64,000 bases of DNA, taken from the NCBI GenBank assembly GCA_036867785.1, contig CP145411.1, positions 992,001 through 1,056,000 on the forward strand, read 5' to 3'. This document shows positions 24,962 to 36,490 of the stretch, in pieces (position 1 is the first letter of the stretch; each line of letters starts with the position of its first letter). Source of the DNA: Plasmodiophora brassicae (taxonomy: Eukaryota). The translations under genes and the position numbers were made by a program. The notes beneath the pieces were generated by a model that did not search any database, was not told where the DNA came from, and saw only the letters and a list, made by a program, of their open reading frames with translations.

Positions 24962-27311
24962 ATGGCGGCCGTGTCGTTGTCGTTGAAGGTAACAGCGCCG
25001 GCACTGTTCGAGAAACGAGATCGCATCCTCGCCGATGGCCCGGTCATTCTTGCAGGCGCTATGCGCCATTATCTGGTCGGTAGTGACGCGTAGTCAGTGT
25101 TGCCCGCGTCTGATGATCTGATTGCTGGCAAGTGCAGGATGAACTCGATCAGGCGATGGCGTCGAACATCGACGTGGTCCAAGTCATTGAATCAGTGTCT
25201 AATCGCATCAACAAGGAAGGCATGGGGCTGGCATCGGACATCGATTCCATTCTAGATGATGTCAACGATCTCAATGCAAGAACCAATGCGAACTTCGAAG
25301 ATATGCGAAATATCGCTCAACAGCTGGCTCGCATCGACCAAGCACTGGGCGCCGTCAATGTAAAGGGCTGTGCTCTTGACTCGTTTCAAACGGATAGCTA
25401 ACTTCCGGGAACAGGTTGCCTGCACGATTCGTGAGTTGATTTCAGGGGGGCTGTCCGATGTTGGCAACGCAGCTGCGTTCTCGAAGCGTTTAGCGCTGGC
25501 TCGTAACAGTCTCCAGAAGTTGAAAGAATGTGCTGATGCGACGGATGGCGTATTCGTTGCATTGTGTGACGCCGTCGATGCTCGTGGTCGGTCTCTGGTC
25601 GACTGGCTCGTAGGTACCAAGTTCGTTGGCGAATTCGCTCGCTTCTCCCGATGCACGCTGACAGTTACGAAGAGCAAGTCGTCGCTTGCAGTCGCCGTCA
25701 GCGACTGTGTGAACGTCCTTGACCCTATCGAAGTCGACATGGTAACGCCCGCTGGAGTTTACCGGCTGCCGGTTGTTGCTGAAACGTTCGACAGATATCA
25801 CGACGCATCGCCGAGCATGTTCGGCATGAGCTTATTGAGCCCCTTCTGAACCGGACCTTTTGTGATCTTCAGCTCATTGAGAACGACCGGATGTTGACTG
25901 TTAAGCTTCGCCGGCCCAAGACTCCATTGCCGACGACCGTTATCTTGGAAAATATGCGACTTGTTGTCGACCTTCTGTACAACGTCGTGTTCCATAACTC
26001 AAAGATGCTAATGGCCCTTCTTGGCCGCACTCTATGGCCATCACTTGAGTCAGAGGTTACCGATCGCGTCCTGTGTTCAGGTCTGCCGACCGATGTCGCT
26101 GCCCTGTTGGAATGCCGCGAAGCTTTGAGGCAGTCGATTCGATCATTTAAGGAGACCTTACGGCAGTGCCATTTCGCGTCATCTTTTACAGGACTGGATG
26201 GGTTCCTCGACAACATCGACGTTAGGTTCGCCCATACGTTAGCGACACGTTCGTTGGCCCATGCCCGAAAGGCTGTCATCGATGACAGCTTCTCGTTGGC
26301 ATCCCCAGGGACAGAACATGCCGCTTCATTCGTCGATGACGACGTTACTGGACTTGTTTCTGCCGAATACGCCTCGCGCCATCCGGAATTCCAGTTCTCA
26401 ACCAGTGCCACTGAGTGCGCGTTCGTATTCCATTCGCTCCTCATTCAATGGCGTCGAGCGCCTCCTCAAATTGCAGATCGTCTGTTCCAAGCTGCCCGGT
26501 ACGTCATGGTGCTCTTCGCAGAAGTTCGGCCTCTATATCACCAGCGTGCTTTCGAAACCATTCCGTCACTGTCAATGCTCTTCTATGCCGATTGCATGTT
26601 CCTAGCCTACCATGCGGCGCGCTCTGCTGTGGGTGCCTTCCATTGAGTGTGCTTTCTATTGTAACCTGACTGGCACTGCAGGTTATATATGGCCCTGGGT
26701 CAGGGTTGTCATCGCTGATCAACCTAATGGCATCTGCTGGCAGGAATGCGTTCGATCGGCAGTATAAGGCCCTTTCGAATGCTTGTGCAGAAGTTCGTGA
26801 TCGTCTCGACCGTCTTGCACATCTTGACAGCAAGGCTGAGTACGACAAGACCGTGCTTGGCGTCAGCGCACAAGTAAGGGACTGGAGACAGTTGGAAACG
26901 ACGATGAGCCCCATTCTTTCCAAGACCGTCGTCCGCTGCATTCTGCAGTCGCTGTGTGGTGAACTGATGGAGCCGATGACTGAGTGGATTCTCGACCGGA
27001 AGGACATCCCTCTGGAATTCGCCAATAGGACATACGCCGTCTTTGCGATCGTAGCTGACTTCGCCGAGACAATCGCCGACTCTGGTGGTGAACCTGACCC
27101 ATTCCAGCGAATTCGGATGCGCTTTGCCACGCTTCAAAACATATTGCACCCGGATCAATCGCTGTCGTCACTGGGCAGGGAAGTCGACGCCGGCCAGCTT
27201 GACGTGTTTTCCAGGCGCGAGCTTCATTCGTTAATCGCAGCGCTGTTCGAACCCAGCGAGAAGCGGCAGTCTCTTCTCTCTGCTATTGACCGGCGAGCAG
27301 CATCGCAATAA
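24962..27311 (+). CDS. ZW10: Centromere/kinetochore and ER tethering protein ZW10/Dsl1 homologue
   Basis: MLFYADCMFLAYH and C-terminal FSRRELHSLIAALFEPSEKRQSLLSAI match ZW10 C-terminal motifs. Confidence 0.8.
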
Positions 27312-27423
27312 CATTCAGTTTTGTGTATAACGCTATGATCCATTGTTGGCAATGATCAAATCAGTCGATCGTGGCGTACCCCTACGCCATATCATTGGCA
27401 CGCCCTAACGGCGGCTGGGTCTC

Positions 27424-28836
27424 ATGCAGATCGACACTGCCGGTCTTGACGGCATCGACCTCGTTGATGGCGCTGTTAACGACGAGCACGGTGTCGCGGA
27501 GACACCAAGCCCACTGGGAACGAAGAGCGGGCCCAGGAAGTCCATGTTCTGGGTCAGCGAGCGCAAGCTCGACCTCGAGCAGCGAATTATGATGCGAAAA
27601 GGCCAGCGGAATGAGAAAATATGGGATACTACGGGTTCGTACATTGGCGATTGGAAGGACAATCAACGCAACGGGTTCGGTGTACAAATATGGCCGAATG
27701 GATGCAAATACGAAGGTGAGCCGCCCGTTAGTGCTGATTGGCGAATAGCACCGATTGTTGAGATGGTACGGCCAGGTGAATGGCTTGCTGGACGCCGACA
27801 TGGCAAGGGTACGTACTTTGTCAGGAACAAGGCAAGCGGTGCCCTCGACAAGGTGTATTCGGGGCAGTGGCAGGACGACCTGAAAGACGGGGTCGGAATC
27901 TACAACTACAATAATGGGTAAAACGCTCAAGTGGGTGCTTGCGTTGGACATTGACGCGTCTTCTATGCAACAGCAACAGATATGAAGGCCAGTGGAAACA
28001 AGGCCAACGCCATGGCACAGGAAGTCAATTTTACGTCAACGGAGATGTCTATATTGGAGAATGGCTTCATGGCAAAATGAATGGATGGGGTCGCTACATT
28101 CAAGGTCAGACATGGATCATCGTAGTGTTGGACGATTCCTTAATGTCTGACGCAGCGAATGGTAACGAATATGCTGGAGAATGGCTCAATGGCCTGAAAG
28201 AAGGAGCCGGGCATTTCTTCTACAGAGATCGGGATATGGTCTACGAAGGCGAGTGGGTGAAGGGCATTCCGCAATGCGGCGTATTCGGGCCGATTGACAA
28301 GGACGTGCAGTCGAGCACAGCGCGGCCGATCCCAGTTCCCAAGGTCTCCATGTTGGGTCACAGCATCCGGAAGGGATTTCTGACTATCGAGCAGCTGGAT
28401 GTCCTTGAGCCTGATCGCATCGTCGAAGCCCGTCTACAGGATATCCAGGCTACGAGGGCGTCGGTCAGGGCGCTGCCACTCATCAACGTTGAAGACCTTT
28501 TCAATAAGAACGAGCTTGCTGATCTGCAAAGGTGCCACCTCGAGAAGAACCACCAGCATGCCAACGTCCCACTGATCCTGCATGCATGCCAGGCTATTTG
28601 ACAGCGTGGCTACGGCAGAGAGCGGGCACCAGGTGAGCCTGCCTGCTCTGACGGAACTCCTCCTCGACGTCGGCCTCAACCCGGCCGACGACGATATGTC
28701 CCGGATCGTGTTCGACTTCGACAAGGGCCCCGACCCAACCTTCTCGTTCCAGGAATTCGTCAAATCCATCTACCTCGTCAAGCAGTACGCCCCAGCCAGC
28801 GAGAGCGTTGCAGACGAAGACGCCGAGGAGGAGTGA
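27424..28836 (+). CDS. MORN-repeat protein (MORN3-like) with C-terminal EF-hand-like region
   Basis: Repeated YxGxWxxxxxxGxG units, e.g. YIGDWKDNQRNGFG, YEGQWKQGQRHGTG, YAGEWLNGLKEGAG. Confidence 0.88.
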
Positions 28837-28944
28837 TGAGTAAAGTCCCACTGGAGGGGGGGCAAACCTGGTCCACGTTACGCGGTGCCGTGCGCATGGC
28901 GTTCGCGTTACCGCCCCCCGTGGTAACGGCCATTCTGCTGCACA

Positions 28945-29677
28945 ATGGGGCCGTCGGCGACGGTGCAGTCAACGCTGGCGGCGTGTGACGCCGTGGTGTT
29001 CGACGTGGACAGCACGGTGCAGCCGCACGAGGGCATCGATCGCCTGGCGGCGGCGTGCGGGTGCGCCGCCGCCGTCCAGCGCCTGACGCGGGACGCCATG
29101 CAGGGCGGCATGCTGTTCGAGGACGCCCTGCGCCTGCGCCTCGAACTGATGCGGCCGTCGCGACAGCAGGTCGAAGAGGTTGCCTCGATGCCCCCGGAGA
29201 TCACCCCTGGCGTCGTCCAGGTTATCGAGCGGTTTCGAGCACTGAAGAAGGACGTTTTCCTGGTGTCTGGTGGATTCTCAATGATGATCGCTCCTCTGGC
29301 CGCCGTTCTCGGCATCGCCGACGATCATGTGTTTGCCAACGAGTTACTGTTCGACGACAGCGGCTCATACCGCGGGTTCAGCCACAACCAGCCAACCTCT
29401 CGTTCCGGCGGCAAACGTCGCGTAATCGAGTCCATCATGAAGCAATACGGGTACCGCAACGTCGTCATGATTGGTGATGGTGCCACAGATGTAGGTGGGC
29501 GATTTGCTCCTCGTGGCTGGTGCATCGCTCTGACGACGATCGATGAAGATGGAAGCGCGCCCTCCCGCGTCAGTTTTCATCGGGTTCGGTGGTATCCAGG
29601 ATCGGGAAAGTGTTCGCCTGGGATGCGACTGGTTTGTCAAGGATTTCGCAGAAGTCCTGGATGCCCTTCGGTGCTGA
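28945..29677 (+). CDS. PSPH: Phosphoserine phosphatase (HAD family)
   Basis: FDVDSTV, LVSGGF, GGK, MIGDGATD|MEARPPA..FIGFGG after removing an intron at about 29491-29548. Confidence 0.92.
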
Positions 29678-29822
29678 TGTCATGCACCCATCGTGATGAT
29701 GCGTCATGCTGTAATATACCTTCAGTGTTACCACTCCACCTCGCCTCGGACAGAGGTGACTTGTAGATGTCATCAAGCTGACCATCCTCACAACCGGTCA
29801 CAGTCGGGAGCTCGTGAGCAGG

Positions 29823-31273
29823 ATGAGTGGCCGTTCGCGGCTACCACGAAGAGCCAAGGTAATCCCCGCAAGGGGAATCTACACCAGCACGTAACTTTGT
29901 GCTTAGGCTGGTGAGCACGCGTCACCTATCGTCAGCGCCGCGTTCCAGCAACGGTACCGGACACCACATCTAGCATCCAGGAGAGCTGGCAGGTTCACTT
30001 TCTGGTTGTGAGCAGGTTTGCGAAAGACATCGCTCTGCTCAATACCAGCGGAAGACACCGTCCGATCCCCGGAAGGCCGTCCACGAAACAGCAAGTCCTC
30101 ACGCTAGGTACATGGACAAAGTGCTGATGTCGGTCTGTCTGACAGTGGGTTAGGCCAGATCGTCGGCATTGATCCACTGCCACCGCCGAGCTTGACAGCT
30201 GATCAATGGGATGACATCAAAAGGCAATCGGTTGTCAGAGGGGACCACATGTAAGTGGCTTGGGTATCTCATGTCGCCACGCTTGGTAATATAATTTCGG
30301 CCTGTAGGCTACCTTGTGCCATTTGTCACGAGCATTTCAAAACCGATCGTCAGGTATACACTTCACACTCCCTGGCCAGATCAATCCAATTCATTGACGA
30401 CCATCGACAAGGTGTTGCTTAGTTGCTCGCATACGTTCCACCTGGACTGCCTGCGTAGTTTCGAGCGATTCAGCGGGACGCGAACCTGCCCGATGTGCCG
30501 ACGGACAGATTACGAGAAGGTTCGTGCGACCGCACTGCGATAGGCACCTGCGAATGCTGAATCCAATTCATTACAGATCCAGATCTCGGAAGGACGCACC
30601 CAGTATCGCGCTCTGTGCGCAACGAAAATCCAGTCCTGGTACCGGGGCGTTGTAGCCCGCCGTATCGTTCGGCATTTATACGAAACGTTAGCCATAGTAC
30701 CGCGGGGAAGGGGACGAATACGTGTCACTGATGCTCCAGTGCCCAGAGTGGTTCCCAGAGATCCCGAACAGAAGAGGCGGTTCTTACTTCGAAAGGTTGG
30801 GTCGACCAGTTTGATCAAATATGGGGGACACGACTAATGCTTGTTGGGTAGCTCGGGCAGGCGACAGACGACATTGTAATGCAGACGACCAGCACGTCTG
30901 ACCTGGACGCCCTGCTGACCGAATGCGATACGACGCTTCACATAAGCCGGATGCTGTTCTCCGAGGCCGAAGGCGTGCTGTCGTCTGTCCCGGACGCGGT
31001 CGACTGGGACCATCTTCGTACGAAGGTCTGCATTTATCGGCAGTGGTTGAATTCCATTCATCTGATACGCGTGTGGGGTAGTTCGGCGATGGCATCGGCG
31101 ACGACTGTCCCATCTGTGTCATGTCAATGCAGCCGGGGAGAGCTCGTTATATCACCAGTTGCGGGCACATCTTCCACGAACGATGTCTGAAAGCGTTTGA
31201 GGAGTTCTCCCAGGCGCGCACATGCTGTCCAATGTGTCGAACCACAGACTATACCAAGCAATTGATTCGCTGA
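29823..31273 (+). CDS. RNF32: RING finger protein 32-like (RING-H2, IQ, RING-H2), many short exons; start uncertain
   Basis: CAIC...LLSCSHTFHLDCLRSFERF..CPMCR; IQ motif KIQSWYRG; second RING CPIC...SCGHIFHERCLKAFEEF..CPMCR. Confidence 0.82.
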
Positions 31274-31331
31274 TGAACAAGCGACATCTAGAATACAAAT
31301 CGAAGTCTGTATTTACTGAGCACTGCCCAGT

Positions 31332-32142
31332 TCATACGAGGGCGAATTGGCTGATTGTGACAAATGGTTTGAAGTAGGGTGACCGCAACAGGACCCAGTG
31401 CAGCAGTGTGACGTTGGACGCGTACGTCCCGATTGCGAACACAATGACGAACGCTCCTTTGGCGTAGGTGGCCAGATTCCGATGCTTCGGCATGATGTCT
31501 TGCCAGAGGGCAATCATCGGAAGAAGGTAGAAGAAGTCGGCGAGGAGTTTGCAGACGGCAACGGCGACATCAAAGATCGATGCGGTCGGCCCCCGTAAAG
31601 CCATGACTTCATAGATCGTGTACGAGATGTAGATGTCGTATGGGATCGACAGGTACTTGACAAACCAGAAGGTCTCCACTCCGCCCCATCGCAAGCAGAC
31701 GTAATGGATGGCAAAGCTGACAACGAGCTCGATGAGGAAATGAAGGCGCGACTCACTGACGACCTCGCCGGGGATCCCGTTGCCTCCCCACAAGAACAGC
31801 AACATCAGCGGGATATCTGATTAGCGACACCTTCGTTAGATCTTGTACGGCGGCGTTGAAACGGGGTTGACGCCTACCTAGTATCATCCAGGCTAAGAAC
31901 AGGATGCGGGTCATCTCGGCCTGTGCCTTGGAGGCCTTGACGACTTCACCGGAACTGGTCTTCGGTTTGGCCCATGAGAACAGCGCTTCCCATACGATGC
32001 AGTACGCCATTGACTTGTGCGGCCAAGGCGAGAACACCGCGTCCCCTGTTGTTAGACCCTGGAGCACCATGACGAAGTAGCATAGGCACCAGAACCCAGT
32101 GCCTAACGCTTTCACGGCAAACGCCACGTTGACGTCCAGCAT
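31332..32142 (-). CDS. Multi-pass membrane protein resembling PaxB/Pyr4-type terpene cyclases
   Basis: GFWCLCY..(7)G...P...MAYCIVWE, AWMIL|DI (intron 31817-31877), LRG...AVCKLL; about 7 hydrophobic segments. Confidence 0.62.
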
Positions 32143-32252
32143 CGCTGCTCGCTACGAGAATGGACATGAGCCCAGCAGCTTCCTGTCGGGACCTCCGGTC
32201 GTGTGAATATCAGTCAAATCAATCACCTCGCACTCCAGCTATTCGTGGCGCA

Positions 32253-32739
32253 GGTACTGGCTTCAGTCTACATGGACCCCGTCACGAAGAACGAACGGGT
32301 CATCCTCGTCAGGGTAGTCTCTTCGTGCGTGACCGCGTATGCGCGATGATAAGCCTTCAGTTCCCATATCACCAGAATGGAACCATCCTTTCGCCGTACG
32401 CCCATGACTTTGTCCACGTGGACGTGTCGGTTTGAACGTTGATCGGAAGCTTTACCTTGACGTAGCCCTTCGGAGCCACACCAGTTGAGTCTAGAACCTG
32501 CTCAAGTTCGGACTTGATCGCGGCAATCTTTGGATGATAGTCTTTGATCGCACCGCTCTCCAGCTCCTCCTTGAACATCTCCATAACGTTGTAGGAACAT
32601 GCAGCCCATTCGAACTCCACTATGGCAGTTCCCCCGTCATTCGAGAGCATGAAATGCAACCCGGTAACACCGGAATGTAATATCATAACGAGGATGACCC
32701 TTCGTTATTCGTGACGGGGTCCATGTAGAAGCCAGTACC
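32253..32739. repeat. Inverted repeat: arms 32253-32309 and 32688-32739, 378-bp spacer
   Basis: GGTACTGGCTTC..CTACATGGACCCCGTCACGAA..GGGTCATCCTCGT and its reverse complement, differing by two small indels and one substitution. Confidence 0.85.
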
Positions 32740-33180
32740 GGCGGGTAACAGTACTGCACCCCTTGTATGACGTCGGCGGATGTGTCCGGCAGCTCCGACA
32801 CGCGAAGTGATTTGCGAGGAGGAATGCCCATCACTGCGTCATCTTCCTCCTCGACGCCACCATCGGAACACGAATCCTCGACGTCATTACGACCTAGGCA
32901 TGCAGAAAGAAATATTAAGTGATGGACGCATGGGTGTGGCATTAGACGGGCAACTCACGCTTCACCGGCTTTGCAGGCGTTCCCAATTTGGCCTTTGTTC
33001 GGTTGATCCAAACGTTCGGCCGAACGAGATCAGGTTGGTTCGCGGGCTTCGACGCCAACGTGTTCCGCACCCACTCATCAATCCATCCCGAAATATTCTA
33101 GCTTTTCGAGTTTGAACTGCTCGGAACCGGGCGGGGTCGCCCTCCAGACAGGCTTCGTAGTCGTGCTAGGCATCAATCGA
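32310..33180 (-). pseudogene. Frameshifted ORF relic of unknown family, possibly a transposon accessory protein
   Basis: Protein-like segments (YPPVLAS..DPVT, LSNDGGTAIVEFEW, YHPKI, KLPINVQT, DGSILVIWELKAY) are split across frames. The TE link is inferred from context only. Confidence 0.5.
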
Positions 33181-33347
33181 TTTTGTTAAATGAGCGACGT
33201 GGGGGCTGGGGCGCCCCCTACAGTCCGGCCGATGTCCAAGCAGACATTATTTTGTCGATCCGAGACGTTAAAAAAGGGACCTTGCACGGCAGCAGCGCGC
33301 GCTTCCCTCCCTCGGCCACCTCCGTTCCGAAACTCGGTTTCGGTCGG

Positions 33348-34441
33348 CAGCAGTCGGTAAGCCTTCGTTGTTAGCCAGTAAGTATCCTAAGTAACAGGTG
33401 GCTTTAACGCAAACCTTACGCAAGATGATCTGGAACTGATTGCCAGCTTCAAACGACGGAATCATATGTATGACGTGGAATGTGGCTGCTGTGTTTGGGA
33501 CTATCAAATGCCTGTAATTAGATATCAACGAAAAGATGTTGGGGTAGGGCATGACTGCATGAGCCCAAACATGGTCGAGGTGGACGTCTACAAGTATGGA
33601 GCCAGTCTCCAGTTGAAAGAACACTTCTCCTCGTTTTCGACCTCAGCACTAGCGCCGCCGTCAATGATCGGGGCAGGGGCTGCGTCCACCGGTATCGTCT
33701 ATGCTATAGTAAGGCGCCTGAAAGATCGCTGGGGCAGTTCGTATGCCGCGGACGACATCCAATGGCAGATATGGGCAAATGGCATATTGCGATTAACGTC
33801 GCGCTCGAGCTCGTCCAGTCGTTCTTCCAGGTCATCAAGAATGTCGATGGCAAGATCATTCCGTCTGCCCACAGATGCCACGGCAGCATCGCTGTTCAGA
33901 GGCGAATGTCTGAACAGATGAATAACGCTCATTGGTGGCGGTTCGTTGATAAGCGCATCATGCCGGTGCGAGGGCTCCCTAGGTATGTCATTTGCCCATA
34001 TCTGCCACTGGATGTCGTCCGCGGCATGCGAACTGCCCCAGCGATCTTTCAGGCGCCTTACTATAGCATAGACGATACCGGTGGACGCAGCCCCTGCCCC
34101 GATCATTGACGGCGGCGCTAGTGCTGAGGTCGAAAACGAGGAGAAGTGTTCTTTCAACTGGAGACTGGCTCCATACTTGTAGACGTCCACCTCGACCATG
34201 TTTGGGCTCATGCAGTCATGCCCTACCCCAACATCTTTTCGTTGATATCTAATTACAGGCATTTGATTCCTGCGACGCGAACGCCAAACACAGCACGCAC
34301 ATTCCACGTCATACATATGATTCCGTCTTTTGAAGCTGGCAGTCAGTTCCAGATCATCTTGCGTAATCTGTCAGATTTGCGTTAAAGCCACCTGCTACTT
34401 AGGATACTTACTGGCTAGTAACGAAGGCTTACCGGCTGCTG
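33348..34441. repeat. Inverted repeat: arms 33348-33786 and 33984-34441 (about 440-460 bp), 197-bp spacer, duplicating a decayed ORF
   Basis: ORFs 33466..33921(+) and 33699..34316(-) encode near-identical peptides. DNA arms align, with 3 differences in the inner ~280 bp and indels in the outer part. Confidence 0.92.
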
Positions 34442-34905
34442 GCGAACTACGAAGACATGCATGCTCGCTGTTGACAGCGATGCAATCGACATAGCTCGAC
34501 AGCAATGTCGAACACGGCAGATCGAAATTCCGCGAACGCGCGAAACACGACCTCCTTGGTGGCCACGTGCTGAACAGTTCCCTTCTAGGCGCTCTTATAC
34601 GGCTTCACGTTTGTGAGGAGCTTAAGGTGATATACATTACCGCCTTCCCCTGACGCATCTGCGCTCTTTCAGTGAATACAACAGAACGTGATGGCGAGGT
34701 AGAAGACGTAGGTAGTATCGGATCCGGCTGTGGTTCGCCTTCACTCCCGGGCCCGTCCACGTCTTCTCCCCAGCAGCTCGCCGGCAACCGCAATGTGAAA
34801 TCTCCGTGGCACCCGTCGCGGCAGTTCCATTTTTGGGCGAAAACGAAGCATACCTGTGCAAACAATCATACAGTGCGCCACGGACTGCGTGCCCCGACCT
34901 CTGTC

Positions 34906-36333
34906 ATGGATCTTGTCACGCTATGGCTGGGTCTGACTGCCGCCGCTCTGTTTCTGTGGAATCTGAACGTATGGCTCACGAAGAGGTACGACTGCCGCGT
35001 TGTGTGTAGTGGTGGCGCGTCGTCACATGTTGAACGTAGGTGGAAATCGCATCATCTAGTCTATGTTCCCACGGAGTTCAACGAGGGCATCCTACAGCGC
35101 TGCCCACGAATGTCTTCGTACTCGCCGCCGTTCTTCCTCGTACGTCCAGCGTCCTGTCTTTTGCTACCACATGCTCACGTCAGTTGAAGGCACACGGCAC
35201 AGTCCATTCCATATGGTCGTCAGCGCTTCGTGAGCGGGTTGACGATTTCCCTGCTTACCATCGCGTTCCCGTGCGATTATCATGCGGAGCGAGTGTCTCC
35301 ATCGATTGGTCCGTTAGGGACATCGACCGGCGTAGGAAGACCATCCTGGTGCTTCATGGTATCACTGGCCATTCGATGGCCAGCTACTGTAAGCACATGG
35401 TCAAGAGCGCCACCAAACGAGGGTTCCAGTGCGTGGTTAGTCTGCGTATTCAATCGGTGACGCCCCTGGGGTTAATCCTGGTTGCCAGCTAATGAACAAC
35501 CGAGGGTGCGGCGGCAACGTGCTCCACACAGCCGTTTCGTTCAACGCCGCCCGAACATCTGATGTCCGCGAGGTCGTCAAGCTGATACGGACCGAATTCC
35601 TGGATGAATCCACACCCTTGTTCATGATTGGCTTCTCGATGGGCGGCACTGTCCTGATACGGTACTTGGCAGAAGGCGACTGTAAGGGCATGGTGCGCGG
35701 CGCTGTGGCAATCAGCACGAATTTCAACATGGATCGCACTGCCGCTTTCATGGAGCGCCCGTACTCCTTTGGGAAGCACGTCGTCAACCGCGCTTTCTGC
35801 AAACGCCTGATCCAGTGGTTCCGCGTCCATGAGCACGTGTTCCGCACCCATTCTCAAATCGACGTCGAACTTGTGTACCGATGCCGAACCCTACGTGAGT
35901 ACGACGCTCTTGTCAATGTGCCCACCAGTGAATTCGAAAGCGTTGCTGAGTATTATGCAGCGTGCTCCACAGACGACAAGGTTGTCATCATTGGTTTGCT
36001 CCATGCGATCAATGTACTAATCGGTCTAACAGGTTGGGCTAGTTCCAGTCCCTTTGCTCTGCCTGCAGTCAGCGGATGATCCGGTCTGCCTTGCCGAGTG
36101 CATTCCGGTCTCCGCGTTCCAAACCAATCCGCACATCATTCTGTAACAGATCGCCACACGCGCCGTGCTCTGCCCTGTGCTGACCTGATGCGTTGCTGTG
36201 CAGAAACATCGCACCGGGTGGCGGCCATGTCGGCTTCCTCGAGAATGCGCGACTCAACTCCAGTTCCTGGATGGAAGATTGCACCCTCGACTTCTTCGAC
36301 GCTATCGTCGCTGATGACCTGGATCACCGATGA
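34906..36333 (+). CDS. Alpha/beta hydrolase, ABHD1/3-YheT family, N-terminal membrane anchor
   Basis: VLHGITG, NNRGCGG, GFSMGG (nucleophile Ser), ADDPVC (Asp), GGHVGFLE (His). Confidence 0.88.
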
Positions 36334-36490
36334 TACTGTTATTGTTAAACATGGACGACATATGATATCGCGCGCTCCCAAATCGTCCATCCGAACCGTT
36401 TGGCCTGATGGCAGACTGCGGCAGCGCTCCGCGGAGGAGGACCCCGCTCTGGGTACGTTGCAGCTTCGGAGTTTGGCCGACTGTGGATTG

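Noticed and set aside
22408..31273. Run of co-oriented, closely spaced genes as an operon
   Set aside because: Functions are unrelated and short spacers are typical of the whole window; no evidence of polycistronic transcription.
15245..34441. Inverted duplications as whole-genome-amplification chimeras
   Set aside because: The arms differ by substitutions and indels, which fresh chimeras should lack. Misassembly is not fully excluded without reads.
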